Positions 39,272 to 51,805 of a stretch of DNA of 64,000 nucleotides are shown in pieces; the first letter of the stretch is position 1, and each line of letters begins with the position of its first letter. The DNA comes from Laetmonice hystrix (lineage: Eukaryota), in assembly GCA_965235115.1 (NCBI GenBank), contig OZ249436.1:8124001-8188000 (forward strand), written 5' to 3'. The translations under genes and the position numbers were made by a program. The notes beneath the pieces were generated by a model. That model ran no database searches and was not told the DNA's origin. It worked only from the letters and a program-made list of their open reading frames with translations.

Positions 39272-40365
39272 GTACGAAAGCCCAGAAGGATCATTCGAGA
39301 TTCGAAATTCGAAATTCGAGATTCAATATCTGAATTTCGAGATTCGAAATTCGAGATTCAATATCCAAAGTGACCAATCGGGAGTACGCTTCTATATTAT
39401 AACACGACCAATGAAATGTCGTGTGACATATTAATCACTCTGGCAAACGGAAAGGGTATCAGGGAGGGGACAATCCCCTATGGGTTAGAGTTAATGTTAG
39501 GTTTAGGGTTAGTTATATTTGGTTTTATGTCTCCTATGGGTTAAGGTTAAGGGTGGGTTAAGGTTAAGGTTAGGTTTAGGGTTAGTTATATTTGGTGTCA
39601 GTTTTATCCGTATTCCTGTGTAGCGTATTGTGCAGCGTGTCTGGCTAATAATCAGAGGGTTCTGACTCGTGGGTTCGAACCCCAGTGTAACTGTGGTTTT
39701 TTCACCCCTCATTTTTCACAAAGGGTTAACGTTATATTTAATAAGGACAGGGAATATTACAAAACTTTTAAAAACTGTTTGTGGGATTCAGGGTTCGTGA
39801 TATATACTATGTTAGTGATATATACTATAGACTAATAGCAGTTTAATAAAACGCGTCCCCTGGGAAACAGGCCACATATAGGCCTATATGTGTAACACAC
39901 AACACGCACAAGACATTGCCTGTAATATACACACATTATTGTGGATATAAGTTTATACACCTGTGAATCCACGACGGTGTGTGTATACACGGGTATACGC
40001 ACAAGGTCGTGCGTACACGAAACAGTGAGCACGACCTTGTGTATATTGACTGATATGTCGGCACGGTGGCCAAATAGTCCGGGCGTAGGTACTTCCCTTC
40101 CATAACGCTATGGACTAGACCTGATCACACCCGAGCGATAATATTTTTTCTTACCCGTGACGTCACGGCCATTACCCCACATGAGCCGATATGTCCACGA
40201 TCTTGTGCGTATAGACGCAACCTTTCATTGGTCACGAGGCACCTGATTTTGAGAGCTTTCCTCTGATTGGTTACTTTGGATATTGATTCTCGAATCTCGA
40301 AATTCAGATATTGAATCTCGAATTTCGAATCTTGAATCTCGAATGATCCTTCTGGGCTTTCGTAC
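39272..40365. mobile_element. 1.1-kb TIR element (~100-bp TIRs, TTAT flanks) with internal telomere-like tract and tRNA-like segment
   Basis: gtacgaaagcccagaaggatcattcgagattc.. and its inverse at 40265-40365. Confidence 0.85.
39614..39691 (+). pseudogene. Degenerate tRNA-Ile(AAT)-like sequence
   Basis: Anticodon arm tctgg-ctAATaa-tcaga; T-arm tggg-ttcgaac-ccca; A-box-like tagcgtattg; no good acceptor stem. Confidence 0.5.
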
Positions 40366-40500
40366 TTATGGGCCACCGTATTCAAGTGATTTCCCGTCCT
40401 TTTCACCAATGTCATGTTAAGAGAATCGCCATTAACCTTCGGACATTCTTTCTCTCCCCCGTTATACGCGTTTCAATACACCCAGAGAGAGACTAAAAGA

Positions 40501-40559
40501 CACACACACAGAGATAGAGAGAGAGAGAGAGAGAGAGCGAGAGAGCGAGAGAGAGAAAA

Positions 40560-40612
<53 letters not shown>
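40501..40612. repeat. (CA)/(GA)n microsatellite upstream of gene A
   Basis: Direct reading. Confidence 0.95.
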
Positions 40613-40614
<2 letters not shown>

Positions 40615-40733
40615 AACCACTATTCGTCGGCGGAGAATGAATATTAATGAGGAAGTCGTGACGTCACAGGACCGAAGTACCACATCTGCAACTGCGCGTA
40701 TATGACGACCGACCTGCCGTCTAAAACCAGCAG

Positions 40734-40755
40734 ATGCTGGAGGAAACGCAGCAAG
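40734..40755 (+). CDS. 7-TM PRRT3/4-like gene A, coding exon 1 (MLEETQQ-D)
   Basis: ATG preceded by an in-frame TAA (40722); AAG|gtaagt donor; phase 1 matches the acceptor at 41480. Confidence 0.7.
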
Positions 40756-41329
40756 GTAAGTTCAAAAACAGATCGTCATCTTCGGCTCTCTCTCTCAACT
40801 TCACGATGTCCTCACTGTTCTTGAGATAAGACTCTATCCTAGCTATAAAATGTCTTAGAGATTCACTTGATGTTGTCGGAATAACTATTTTTATTATTAG
40901 AAAAAGGACGCTCCAACTGACTTGGCATCGACAATAAACGACTAGTGACGCCAACCGGCAACATTCGACAATATTCTGTGAAGGATGACCACGTGGCTGC
41001 CCGACCTCCCGACATCAGATGCTTCGCCACAGCACAGTAAGAATGTGTTTATGTTACTATCCTAAACATGCAGAATGTGAGGCGGGAGGGGCGTCGATCT
41101 GAGATGGGATCGGGACGCACATTCTCTGTCCCCTTGGATCTCACACTTTCTTTTCAAAGAAGGTTCTGTCGGGGTTAACTCGCTAGGCATGTAGGAGGTA
41201 CTTGTAAATTCGATGTTTCTTTGTAATTACGTTGATGAACCGTCCATCAGGGTTTTACGCCAACCGCTCACCAAGAACCGTCTTCCCCCCTCATCTCTGC
41301 AACTCCATGCAAGTTTTCTTCCTATTCCA

Positions 41330-41353
41330 CTGTCTGTCTCTGTCTCCGTCTCC

Positions 41354-41427
<74 letters not shown>
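41330..41427. repeat. (CT)n microsatellite upstream of the gene A exon 2 acceptor
   Basis: Direct reading. Confidence 0.95.
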
Positions 41428-41431
<4 letters not shown>

Positions 41432-41479
41432 AACGTATCACTCCGATTCCCAGCTTCATGATTTTCTTTTCGTTTCAAG

Positions 41480-41652
41480 ATATATCTGTATCAAGAACTC
41501 CGCCAAAAATGGGTCGGTTGTTCTTCAAAGACGCAGCCATCGACTGGCCCTCTGCCGAGGCCTCATGGGGATTCGCCTGGCCATTACACGTCTACTTGTC
41601 TATCATCGTCTATTCCGTGTTAGCATTTATAGCTCTGCTTCACCTTGCAAAG
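41480..41652 (+). CDS. 7-TM PRRT3/4-like gene A, exon 2 (...WPSAEASWGFAWPLHVYLSIIVYSVLAFIALLHLAK)
   Basis: tttcaag/gtgaga; WxLHVY TM1 motif typical of PRRT3/PRRT4-like proteins; paralogous to 51806-51994. Confidence 0.85.
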
Positions 41653-42110
41653 GTGAGAATGGTTACTAAATTGACAATTTCTATACCATACATAGCTTCT
41701 GGGCGGTTTCTGTTGTTTGTAATAGACGAAAGCAACTGGGAAACATTTCCGTCGTTTTGCCTACGCTTTTAGGGGAGTGGGAATTATATAAATCCAGTCA
41801 TCAAAACGTATACATTGTACTGATCTCGACTCAACTTAATCCCGTTTTCATGTCTTGATTCATAGAGAGTGGGGTACCAGAAACAGAGGGATATTGAAAT
41901 CGGTGCAAAAGACCCGCCGCAGCAAAGGGCCGTCCTGCTGGCCGGCCAGGGGTCGGTCGGTAGGACGAAAAAAAAAAACAACCCAAAAAAAACAAACAAA
42001 GAAACAAAAAAACAAACTGGATGGAGTTGAGTTGAGTTGGGTCGGTACGTGTATGGCCTAAAATGACTGGTTTTTTTTTTTATAACTGTCCACTTCTCAC
42101 TCCATGACAG

Positions 42111-42920
42111 GTTATTCGGACTCCAAACATTCCGAGCAAGGCGTACTACATAGCCCTAAACATGGTGATACTGATAGCTACACTGAGCCGTGCAACCCAC
42201 CTGGGCATTGACCCTTACGGTTGGAAACGTATCCTCAACAGATGGCAGACCAGACTGGCGATTGCCCCTCTGTTTCCAGGCATTACAACGGGTTTCGTAC
42301 TCATCTTTGCCACTTTGATGCGCCTCACCAAAATGCGGCTAGTATCCCATCGCCTTTTCAGTCCCCGCTCGATAGTCCTCTTGACCCTTTTCAACTACTT
42401 TGTCGGCTTCTCAACTGAGATGATCGGAGCTTTCTTCATTGAAGTCATCGTTTTACTTTTAGTGTGTGAGATCTATTTCGTAACCTGGGGTATCGTCGCC
42501 TCCTGTGCCTATTTTTACGTTTTCGGTCGACTCTACCTCCGCGTCGTTGTCAACAGGCGTAAGCTGAACGTCCTAACTACAGAAACTACGGTAACGAAGA
42601 TCTCGAGCGAAGGACAAAACAGTCAAAACGGTAAAGCGACATCTGGAGGCGAGAAAGGGAAGGGGAAGGATGCGGAACTGGACACGAAGATGCCGGTGGC
42701 TGCCAAGATAACACTTGTGTGTGGAGTCGCCTTCATGGCCATAGCTATTCTCCACATATGGCGAATCAGCGAGGCGGTTTCGGCGTATTTCCGAGATGTA
42801 AAGTTTGCAAACCCGTGGCAGTGGTGGTGCTACAAGACTGCATTGAGATTGAGTGAGTTTGTCATGTGTGGAACCATTCTCTTTGTTGGTTCCCTCCCTC
42901 TGTATGGCCGTAAGAAATGA
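42111..42920 (+). CDS. 7-TM PRRT3/4-like gene A, last exon (TM2-TM7); total about 334 aa
   Basis: gacag acceptor; 270-codon ORF; R..xLxxDPYG motif; six hydrophobic helices; aligns with 50732-51511. Confidence 0.88.
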   Translation, partial: VIRTPNIPSKAYYIALNMVILIATLSRATHLGIDPYGWKRILNRWQTRLAIAPLFPGITTGFVLIFATLMRLTKMRLVSHRLFSPRSIVLLTLFNYFVGFSTEMIGAFFIEVIVLLLVCEIYFVTWGIVASCAYFYVFGRLYLRVVVNRRKLNVLTTETTVTKISSEGQNSQNGKATSGGEKGKGKDAELDTKMPVAAKITLVCGVAFMAIAILHIWRISEAVSAYFRDVKFANPWQWWCYKTALRLSEFVMCGTILFVGSLPLYGRKK

Positions 42921-43524
42921 GACGGTATTTTGCATTATGAGCGTTCGAATTGGGCGGTCACCACTCAATATAGAACAATATAAGCCTAGTATTGTAGTAT
43001 AGAATACTGAAACGTGATAGGCCCTATTCCCGTATTGCGTGTTTAACGTCAGAGCTGCCCGTATTGCATGGCCGCCCCGTTTTGAGACATCCACCACTTT
43101 GACGTAGCAGCATGGCTGGTGTCAGAAATGCGTTGACGTCATGATACAGGCATAATACTGTTGGTGGGAAATCGAGAGTTATTATTACCTAAATGAAATT
43201 GAACAAAAAAAACAATAAATGAGTGTCACAAACTTTGTTTATTTGAATTGTCAAGTATAAGCGCAGCACTGGCCACATAACATTAATTTTAAAAATTCCA
43301 AATAACTTTAGACTGTAGAAAGTTGCAGTCTGCGAAAAGCGCTCTGTAGTTGTGTCGTCAGCAGACATGGTACCATTCGTCAGACAGCCAGCTCTGTCAT
43401 CAATTCTGACGCCATGACGACGGATCAGAAACACTGTAAGTTCTAGCCCAATAGCTGAGTGAGACATGGGTCAGCGAACGACATACTCACAGACACGAAC
43501 GTAGGCCCTAAATCACCACCAGAA

Positions 43525-43822
43525 TACGGTGGCTTCTATATGCCATCATTTAATGTCGTCAGAGGCTTTTGTTTGCCCGCGCGCAATAAAATGCGCGCAA
43601 ACAATATTTCTTTTCGTGCAAACAATATTTCTTTGCGCACAAACAATAAATTATTTCGCACAATAATTGTTTGCGCGCAAACAATTTTGTGCGCAAACAA
43701 TAATTGTTTGTGTGCAAACAATAGGCTATTTCTTTGCGCAAAAGAAATATCGTTTGCGCGCATATTATTGCGGGCAAACAAAAGCCTCTGACATTAAATC
43801 ATGGCATATAGATGCCACCATA
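43525..43822. mobile_element. Fold-back MITE, TA-flanked, almost entirely palindromic
   Basis: tacggtggcttctatatgccat/atggcatatagatgccaccata; internal ttgcgcacaaa-like repeats. Confidence 0.8.
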
Positions 43823-44728
43823 GTACGCCAACAGGAAACCGTCCTAACATCAAAAATAAGCCAGCTTTTACCAGTTCTTGCCACTTCTAAATGACAATCG
43901 GAAAAGCCATCACCCCTTCGATGCCGGTCTGGCTTTTGAATTTGAGAGAGGAATTCCCTCACGTGACCTGTTTCTTGTTTTTTAAATACTCTATTATCCA
44001 GTTCTTACATTTTCCAGTTATACCTAGTTTTTCCAATTTAATCACAAAATGTCATGATTTACACAATTAAACGCTTTGGACAAGTCTAGGAAGATGGCCA
44101 TACTGTGTTCTCCTTTGTTTCGATACATATAAAGGTGGTTAACAACCTGATTAACAGCACCGATAGTGAATGCTGCCATTTCTCAATATTGTCACCAATG
44201 ACAACTATGGATATCGTTACAATCGGGAAGTCGTTTGTTGCGTGCAGATTCCATCAGTAATATTTGACACGACGTGGGGATTTCACCGTGCCGTTCACGT
44301 GTGACCAACATCAGAGAGTGTAGTAGTACACTCTCTGCCAACATTCAGAAGCTGCCTCGTTTTTGTCGGGCCAAGGCAATAAACCCCCATCATGCACTAT
44401 ACGTAACTGGTTCTCGAGGAAACACTTTTTTCTTGTGGGTTTCCCTGGCTTCAGGTCATTTGTCTGGAGCCTCAGTGTGGAGCCTCATGCAGAGGAGCTA
44501 CCTTCGACGACCGAATTGACTAAAAAAAAGTATGTGCAGGAAATTACAGAAATCAGTTCAATGAATGACGCCATTATTGGGGACTATTCGGAAACGCGTC
44601 GCAATTGTCGTGATTGTACGAAACTAGTATTCAAAATGACTGTAAAACATTTCCGTCACAAGATGTCCCGGGATTAGTATCATATCCTTTCATATCCTTT
44701 GATATTGACATTGAAGGATATTAAGAAA

Positions 44729-45341
44729 ACGGGTGTCCCAGAAAAAGTGAACCGCTTTTTGACAAGTATTTTCTCAGTAATAGATAACCCGATTTCATTG
44801 AAAATTTTCACACAATAACCTTAGGGTTTCTTCAACAAGAACTAAAAGATCTGACAGAAATTATGTGAGTATTGTCAAATTCAAAACAGCATGTCAAAAA
44901 ATCCGATATCAAAACTGTGCAAAGTGACCTACATCAGGTTCATGGATTATGCTATATGGAACTCTCTGAAGGAGAGAGTTTACCGGGGACTGAGAGACAA
45001 ATTGAGCGAACAGGCATTAAAGGACAGAATAATTATGTCATGGGAGAAGATATGGGTGGAAGAAATGCGTAAAAGCATTTCTGCTTGGAAGAAACGGCTT
45101 CGTTTAGTCGTGAAGGAAGATGGAGGCCACATTGAGCATAAACTGAAATAAGGGTTTTCCTTTGATATTGGATTTTTTGACATGCTGTTTTGAATTTGAC
45201 AATACTCGCATACGTTCTGTCAGATCTTTTAGATATTTTGCAGACTTGTTGATGATACCCTAAGGTTACTGTGTGAAAATTTCCAATGAATTCGGTTTAT
45301 CTATCACTGAGAAAATACTAATTTCTGGATACGCCCCTGTA
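44729..45341 (+). mobile_element. Tc1/mariner deletion derivative with ~190-bp TIRs and transposase C-terminus
   Basis: Long inverted repeats; MDYAIWNSLKERVY...RKSISAWKKRLRLVVKEDGGHIEHKL at 44942-45151. Confidence 0.85.
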
Positions 45342-46342
45342 GAGTCCGAGAATGTTAGGTTCATCCATAAAAAAAGACACGCCTAACACTACCGCGCGCG
45401 TCCTTTGCCCTTGGAACGTGATGCCAATGGCAGAGTGGGGGGGGGGGGGGGGCTATGTTTGCAGCCCAACAAGTAACAAATTTCAGATATTTTGGTTCCA
45501 AACTTGTTGGGGTTCAATTCGGGAGAAACTAAAGGGGCGTAACCGCAAAAGTTCATAATCATCCATTCGGGCAGAAAGACACAGCGAGCGAGCGAGCGAG
45601 CTGTCGGAGCCCGTGGAGCACTGGATTCAGATCGGGGTAGCTGTATGGGAGAAGTACGCAGGGCTCACATAATGTACTAAATCCTTTTAGCCCAAACTTA
45701 CCACACTTATGGAAACAAGTCTTGTAAATGTGAAAGCAAATTTAGTTAGAGCTTATGAAATAGAATGAAAGGCACCCCAAAGAAGCGATTAAAATAGGCA
45801 GACAGATCTATTTGAAGTTTCGTAATGTGCAAAACACATAAAGGGCTATAATAAGGCCACATTTGATAGTATTTGAACATTTTTTGACCAATTACCGCGA
45901 CTTCAAGAAAGTTATCGCTTTTTAGTGCAAGTCTCCAATAACGTCTGGGCGGGCCAGAAATGTGAAATAGTCAATTTCCTTAATTACGCATGAATTCGCC
46001 TGATACTTTTAATATATTCTCTTTGCCACCTAGAAAAACGATCTGTGGTGGTTTTCTCCTGGTTTAAAATTGCACGGGGCCAAAAAACCTCAAATTATGC
46101 ACCCTGGCCCCCGGGCGCTTGTGCTGCCACCTATCGGTTACCAGACGTGGTCACACGATCAACTTTAAGTTACCCCGGATTCATTTTCATTTTCACACAA
46201 ACACTTCAGTGCCTAATTGCACGTATAGACCTACGATGAGGTTACCACGTGTATCTTTCCCTACAGATTAGTACAAATATTATGGAGGCCTATTATAACT
46301 GTATACCTATGTAGGCTTCTGACGACTGGCATTGTATAATTG

Positions 46343-47420
46343 GGTAGGTATTCACCACACCAGTTTGGCATCAGATAGACACGTCCCACTAATAACACTG
46401 CGTGGCCTCAACACGTTCTAAACACGTGTTATACACGGTAGGTGTTCACCACACCAGTTTGACACCAGATAGACACGTCCCACTAATATCACTGGTGAGG
46501 TCAACAAGTTATAAACACGTGTTATACACGGTAGGTGTTCACCACACCAGTTTGACACCAGATAGACACGTCCCACTAATATCACTGGTGAGGTCAACAC
46601 GTTCTAAACACGTGTTATACACGGTAGGTGTTCACCACACCAGTTTGACGAGTTACCAGATAGACACGTCCCACTAATATCACTGGTGAGGTCAACACGT
46701 TCTAAACACGTGTTATACACGCTAGGTGTTCACCACACCAGTTTGACACCAGATAGACACGTCCCACTAGTATCACTGGTGACGTCAACACGTTCTAAAC
46801 ACGTGTTATACACGCTAGGTGTTCACCACACCAGTTTGACTCCAAATAGACACGTCCCACTAATATCACTGATGAGGTCAACACGTTCTAAACACGTGTT
46901 ATACACGGTAGGTGTTCACCACACCAGTTTGACCCCAGATAGACACGTCCCACTAATATCACTGGTGACGTCAACACGTTCTAAACACGTGTTATACACG
47001 GTAGGTGTTCACCACACCAGTTTGACACCAGATAGACACGTCCCACTAATATCACTGGTGACGTCAACACGTTCTAAACACGTGTTATACACGCTAGGTG
47101 TTCACCACACCAGTTTGACACCAGATAGACACGTCCCACTATCACTGGTGAGGTCAACACGTTCTAAACACGTGTTATACACGCTAGGTGTTCACCACAC
47201 CAGTTTGACTCCAGGGCCAGCCGCACAGAAGGTGTTGATAGTGTGGGTTTTGATACTGGCCACTAAAACTCAATGGCTATCAGTATTGATAGTGATGCTG
47301 ATAGCACTATCAACCTTCTGTGCGGCCGGCACAGATAGACACGTCCCACTAATATCACTGGTGAGGTCAACAAGTTATAAACACGTGTTATACACGGTAG
47401 GTGTTCACCACACCAGTTTG
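46343..47420. repeat. 93-bp minisatellite, ~10 copies, interrupted by a MITE
   Basis: 31-aa periodicity in the ORFs; 93-bp spacing of ggtaggtgttcaccacacc. Confidence 0.95.
47215..47331. mobile_element. 117-bp MITE with CAG TSD (Harbinger-like) inserted in the minisatellite
   Basis: gccagccgcacagaagg..ttgatagtg / cactatcaaccttctgtgcggccggc; empty site seen in sister units. Confidence 0.8.
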
Positions 47421-49507
47421 TGACAAGGAGTGCGACACTGTTACTGATGCTCTAGAATGAAAGCCAAACAGGTCTACTTCACCTTCTCAAACATAGATGG
47501 CGCCACTGCCACCCATCATCTAGGGATGTGGAAAAAAACAGTACACCGCAGTGCGGTATATGTGCGTTTAAAGACGTCTAAAAATACACCGCACTGCGTG
47601 GTATGCGCAGTGAAAGGGTTAAACGATATAAATTATATGTCAGACAATGTATTTTCCCAATTATTGCTTGATTTACTGAGGTGTCCTCATAGGTGGGAAT
47701 CTCCAAATTTCATCAAGATATCTCAAAAACTCACTGAGTTATGAGTATTGTCTTACAACTACCTAAATGAGACACAACCATGGAAGATGTTGAAAAAAAA
47801 GCAGAAGAAAAAAAATAGATTCTCATTCCACATGAAAGAGAAGAGGTGCAATGTATCAGATCGTTGCATTGAACTGGAAATCCGACATTTCAGAATCCCG
47901 TTCCTCCCTTTAGGGAGGAACGGGATTCAAAAATGTCGGGTTTCCCAAAGGATGCTATCAGAAAAAGTGTTTTAGACCAAGAAAATGGATGATTTATGTT
48001 TGATTGATCTACTGTTCTAAGCTTTTCTATTTCTGGATGGCCCGGTTTTGTGATTCAAAGTTGGTGACTACCACGTCTCTTCATTAGGCCTACACAGAGG
48101 AGCACTCTTCCAGACAGGAAGGAGGCCTATTATGTCAGTGTTGGGAGGACGCCTTTTAGAGCTGCGTCATCTTGAGTTGTCAAGGGGCATCGCGCATCCT
48201 GCATTCTACCCCTTGAGCCCAGCCCAGGCTAACCGGGCAGAAGTTGACCCTGAGGATTGATGAATATGAATAGGACCTGCCATCGTCGCTCCACCCGAAC
48301 TAATGAACGGTCCTCACCGAAGGCTTACTTCTCGCAAAAATGCCTGATAGCCTTGCCCAGTTCGCTGATAAAGAAATGTGTCCCTCCCTAACAATACAGT
48401 TTGTAGCACTCTGACTTGATACGGTTTAACACGCGAAATTCCAAACATTAGGCCTACACTGGCCCGGTGTCGCTAGCGCTGGCGCTGGCTGTCGCTCTCG
48501 GCCTCTGGGCCGTGAACGTTCCTATTGGCTAACCAGAAATGCACGCTATTTTTATTAATCGCGCCTTAGGCAGTGCTGTAATCTGATTGGTCTACGGTGT
48601 ACCGTAGAAGGTGGAAAACAGATGGCGCTGCGAGCTACGCGTTTCTGAGAATAGGCGGGCAGGCGGGAGGGGGTGAATCACTGGAAGCGGTTCAACCCCG
48701 AAAAATGATGATGATGTGGGATGAACGATAATTGATGATAATGATGAGAACGATATCCAAGATCCGCAGCCAGAGCCTCTAACAGTTTAGATCTACTCAT
48801 CCCCTCCCCCACCCACCCACCCTAGGATAAGGTCAGAACTTTCCTTCAGATTGACTCTCGCAGACACAGAGATGTAAAAAAATCTGTAAAACTTCTCAAC
48901 TAATATGTAAATGATCATTCCTGAAAATTGCCATGAAAACATGTTGGGGATAGGAATATCTTTGTGACGACTGTAGTGCTTATAGTCGCAAATTCAAAGT
49001 GGAAATGATTCTTGCTACTTTCATTGGTCCATCGTTTGCGCTTCTGGTTGCGTCATTAGAATCAATATCCCTGGCATTACATCACAAGAATTGTTCTTAC
49101 CCCTCTAAAAATACAAATTCTTTTACTATTTTTGCAAAGAAATAGCTTGCCGTTGAAACAAAAGTATTGCTTGGTTGCATTTTAACTACTCTATCACGAC
49201 CGGAATCAACTGGAATCTCCAGATTTATACTTGCCTCTTCACCTCTGACGATCTTGATGGCACTGAATGCTTGTCATAATTATTGTTTATGTTAACACAT
49301 GCTATGAAAAAAGTTATATTCTCCCGGGTGGTAAAGGGAGTACAACAACCAAAGCAGGAATGGCGTCAAACAGCATGGACGCTATGTCACGAACCGTGGG
49401 AAGATCATTCTCTTGAATTCGTGGCACGATTGGTGTAAGTAGTAAGTTGAGGCTGAAGTTTTATGTGCTTGTAAAAATTGTAAGAGAGTAAGTACCATCC
49501 GACGAAG

Positions 49508-50244
49508 GCGTCTTGCGTGGGGGCTGTAAGATATACCGTTTGGTTAATTTAGAGTGTCTTGCGTGGGGACTGGAAGATATACCGTTTGGTTAATTTAGAG
49601 TGCCTTGCGTGGGGACTGGAAGATATACCGTTTGGTTAATTTAGAGTGTCTTGCGTGGGGACTGGAAGATACACCGTTTGGTTAATTTAGAGTGTCTTGC
49701 GTGGGGACTGGAAGATACACCGTTTGGCTAATTTAGAGTGTCTTGCGTGGGAACTGGAAGATATACCGTTTGGTTAATTTAGAGTGTCTTGCGTGGGAAC
49801 TGGAAGATATACCGTTTGGTTAATTTAGAGTGTCTTGCGTGGGGACTGGAAGATACACCGTTTGGTTAATTTAGAGTGTCTTGCGTGGGGACTGGAAGAT
49901 ACACCGTTTGGTTAATTTAGAGTGTCTTGCGTGGGGACTGGGAGATATACCGTTTGGTTAATTTAGAGTGCCTTGCGTGGGGACTGGGAGATATACCGTT
50001 TGGTTAATTTAGAGTGCCTTGCGTGGGGACTGGGAGATATACCGTTTGGTTAATTTAGAGTGTCTTGCGTGGGGACTGGAAGATATACCGTTTGGTTAAT
50101 TTAGAGTGCCTTGCGTGGGGACTGGGAGATATACCGTTTGGTTAATTTAGAGTGCCTTGCGTGGGGACTGGGAGATATACCGTTTGGTTAATTTAGAGTG
50201 TCTTGCGTGGGGACTGGGAGTTATACCGTTTGGTTACTTTAGAG
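49508..50244. repeat. 46-bp minisatellite, ~16 copies
   Basis: gtgtcttgcgtggggactggaagatataccgtttggttaatttaga. Confidence 0.95.
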
Positions 50245-50731
50245 CGTACATAGAAAATTAGGCAGTGATTAGTTAGCGCAGACAAGACAACACATAATCG
50301 TTTTATTCAAGATTTCACCACAACATGTTAATCCTCCAGAACATCACTTGGCTACATTATATTAGAATACATTATTATGATTAATTCTGTGTAAGAGTTC
50401 TCTGAATGCATTATTAACTGATAATCGACCGTCTGTGATTGTCATTGTATTCCAAGGCTAGAATACTAAATAACTGCTACTTGGATAAGATATCTATGAA
50501 TTTCGAATCGGGCCTGTGTAGCTAATTGTGACAGAACTGGCATGACGAAACAAAATCGCGTGCCTTCCTTAAAATGCCACCTATATTACAGAAACAAATT
50601 GTTGCTATATAGTGTTCAATCGTGCGATATAGGCATTTGAATCTGTTTCTTCGCTAATCATTTTAATATAATATTACCACCTAAACTGGGACTGCTATAG
50701 TACACAGTAAATGTACATATCCCCCTCGATT

Positions 50732-51511
50732 CTATTTCTTTGAGGGCCCGTAGAAGGGCAGGCAGCCCACGTACAGAACCGTAGAGCAAAGTACAATCTC
50801 GGCGATACGAAGCAGGCTCCGGTAAACGAAGAATTCCCAAGGATCTGCATACGGTTTGCCCTTGGATGTCGCAATCACAGCCACTATGATTCGCCAAATG
50901 TGCAGCAAACCGACAAAGAAGAATGCGATTCCACAGACCAGAGTCAGTTTAGCAGCCACGGGCATTTTTGTGTCGAGTTGGCCACTCTGTGGCTCTTGCT
51001 GAGATTTTTCTCCGTGGCCGCTTTGCGACGAAGCCTCGACGGTGGAAAGCTTGTTGAGATTGCGACGATTCATGACGACTCGGTTGTAAAGACGCGCAAA
51101 GACGTAGAAATATCCAGACGATGCCAGAACGCCCCAAGCCGCAAAGTACGCTTCGCAGATGAGCATGAGGATGTTGATCTGCTGCACCAGAACGCCCACC
51201 ATGTCTGCCGTTAGACCGAAACTGTAGTTGAAGAGGGTAATGAAAGCAGTGACTCGCGGGCTGAAGATTCTCGTGGACACAACTCTAACCTTGGTCAGCC
51301 GCATGAGTGTGGCAAAGAGCAAGAAGAAGCCAGTCGTAATGCTGGGAAGTAGTGGGGCAATGGTCAGCACGATCTGCCAGAGGGTCAGAATTCCTCGCGA
51401 CCCATACGGATCAACCAAGAAGAAAAATGCTCGGAAACTGCAGCAGATGAAGACTGACAAGTTTAAGGTGAAGTAATAGGGTTTACTTGGCAGCTTCGCC
51501 CGGAAAGTAAC
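50732..51511 (-). CDS. 7-TM PRRT3/4-like gene B, last exon (TM2-TM7); total about 322 aa
   Basis: tttcag acceptor on minus; RAFFFLVDPYG, FATLMRLTK and LDTKMPVAAK shared with gene A. Confidence 0.88.
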   Translation of the reverse strand, partial: VTFRAKLPSKPYYFTLNLSVFICCSFRAFFFLVDPYGSRGILTLWQIVLTIAPLLPSITTGFFLLFATLMRLTKVRVVSTRIFSPRVTAFITLFNYSFGLTADMVGVLVQQINILMLICEAYFAAWGVLASSGYFYVFARLYNRVVMNRRNLNKLSTVEASSQSGHGEKSQQEPQSGQLDTKMPVAAKLTLVCGIAFFFVGLLHIWRIIVAVIATSKGKPYADPWEFFVYRSLLRIAEIVLCSTVLYVGCLPFYGPSKK

Positions 51512-51805
51512 CTGAAACATAAGAAAGAAAATGGTGACTCACTGTTAAAGCAACGAATGATGTCTTGTAGGTAATTTCACCCACAGCTTTCTTTAACAAT
51601 GTTTCTCCTCATTTAGAGTTAGTTTTACATCGCTAGCACTGAGCAGAGCCCAGTGAAAACAAAATTCTCGACTAATTTAAAAGCTGTCGTGCAGTCCGAA
51701 GTTTTCATCACCTAGAACTTTAAGGTGTACCAATTCACCCTGGTTGTTAATAATTGTATTTGTACTGAGAGACACACGATACACTGGATTCCATGAAAAG
51801 CCTAC

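Noticed and set aside
39482..39587. Interstitial telomere or chromosome fusion site
   Set aside because: Short, degenerate and internal to a TIR-bounded element
39614..39691. Functional tRNA gene
   Set aside because: Acceptor and D stems do not pair well and the variable region is abnormal; kept only as tRNA-derived
42573..43097. 174-aa antisense ORF and similar antisense ORFs at 50900-51476
   Set aside because: Shadow frames of the 7-TM coding exons
46402..47423. 91-aa and 245-aa repetitive ORFs
   Set aside because: 93-bp minisatellite plus in-frame MITE; frameshifted between units; no gene signals
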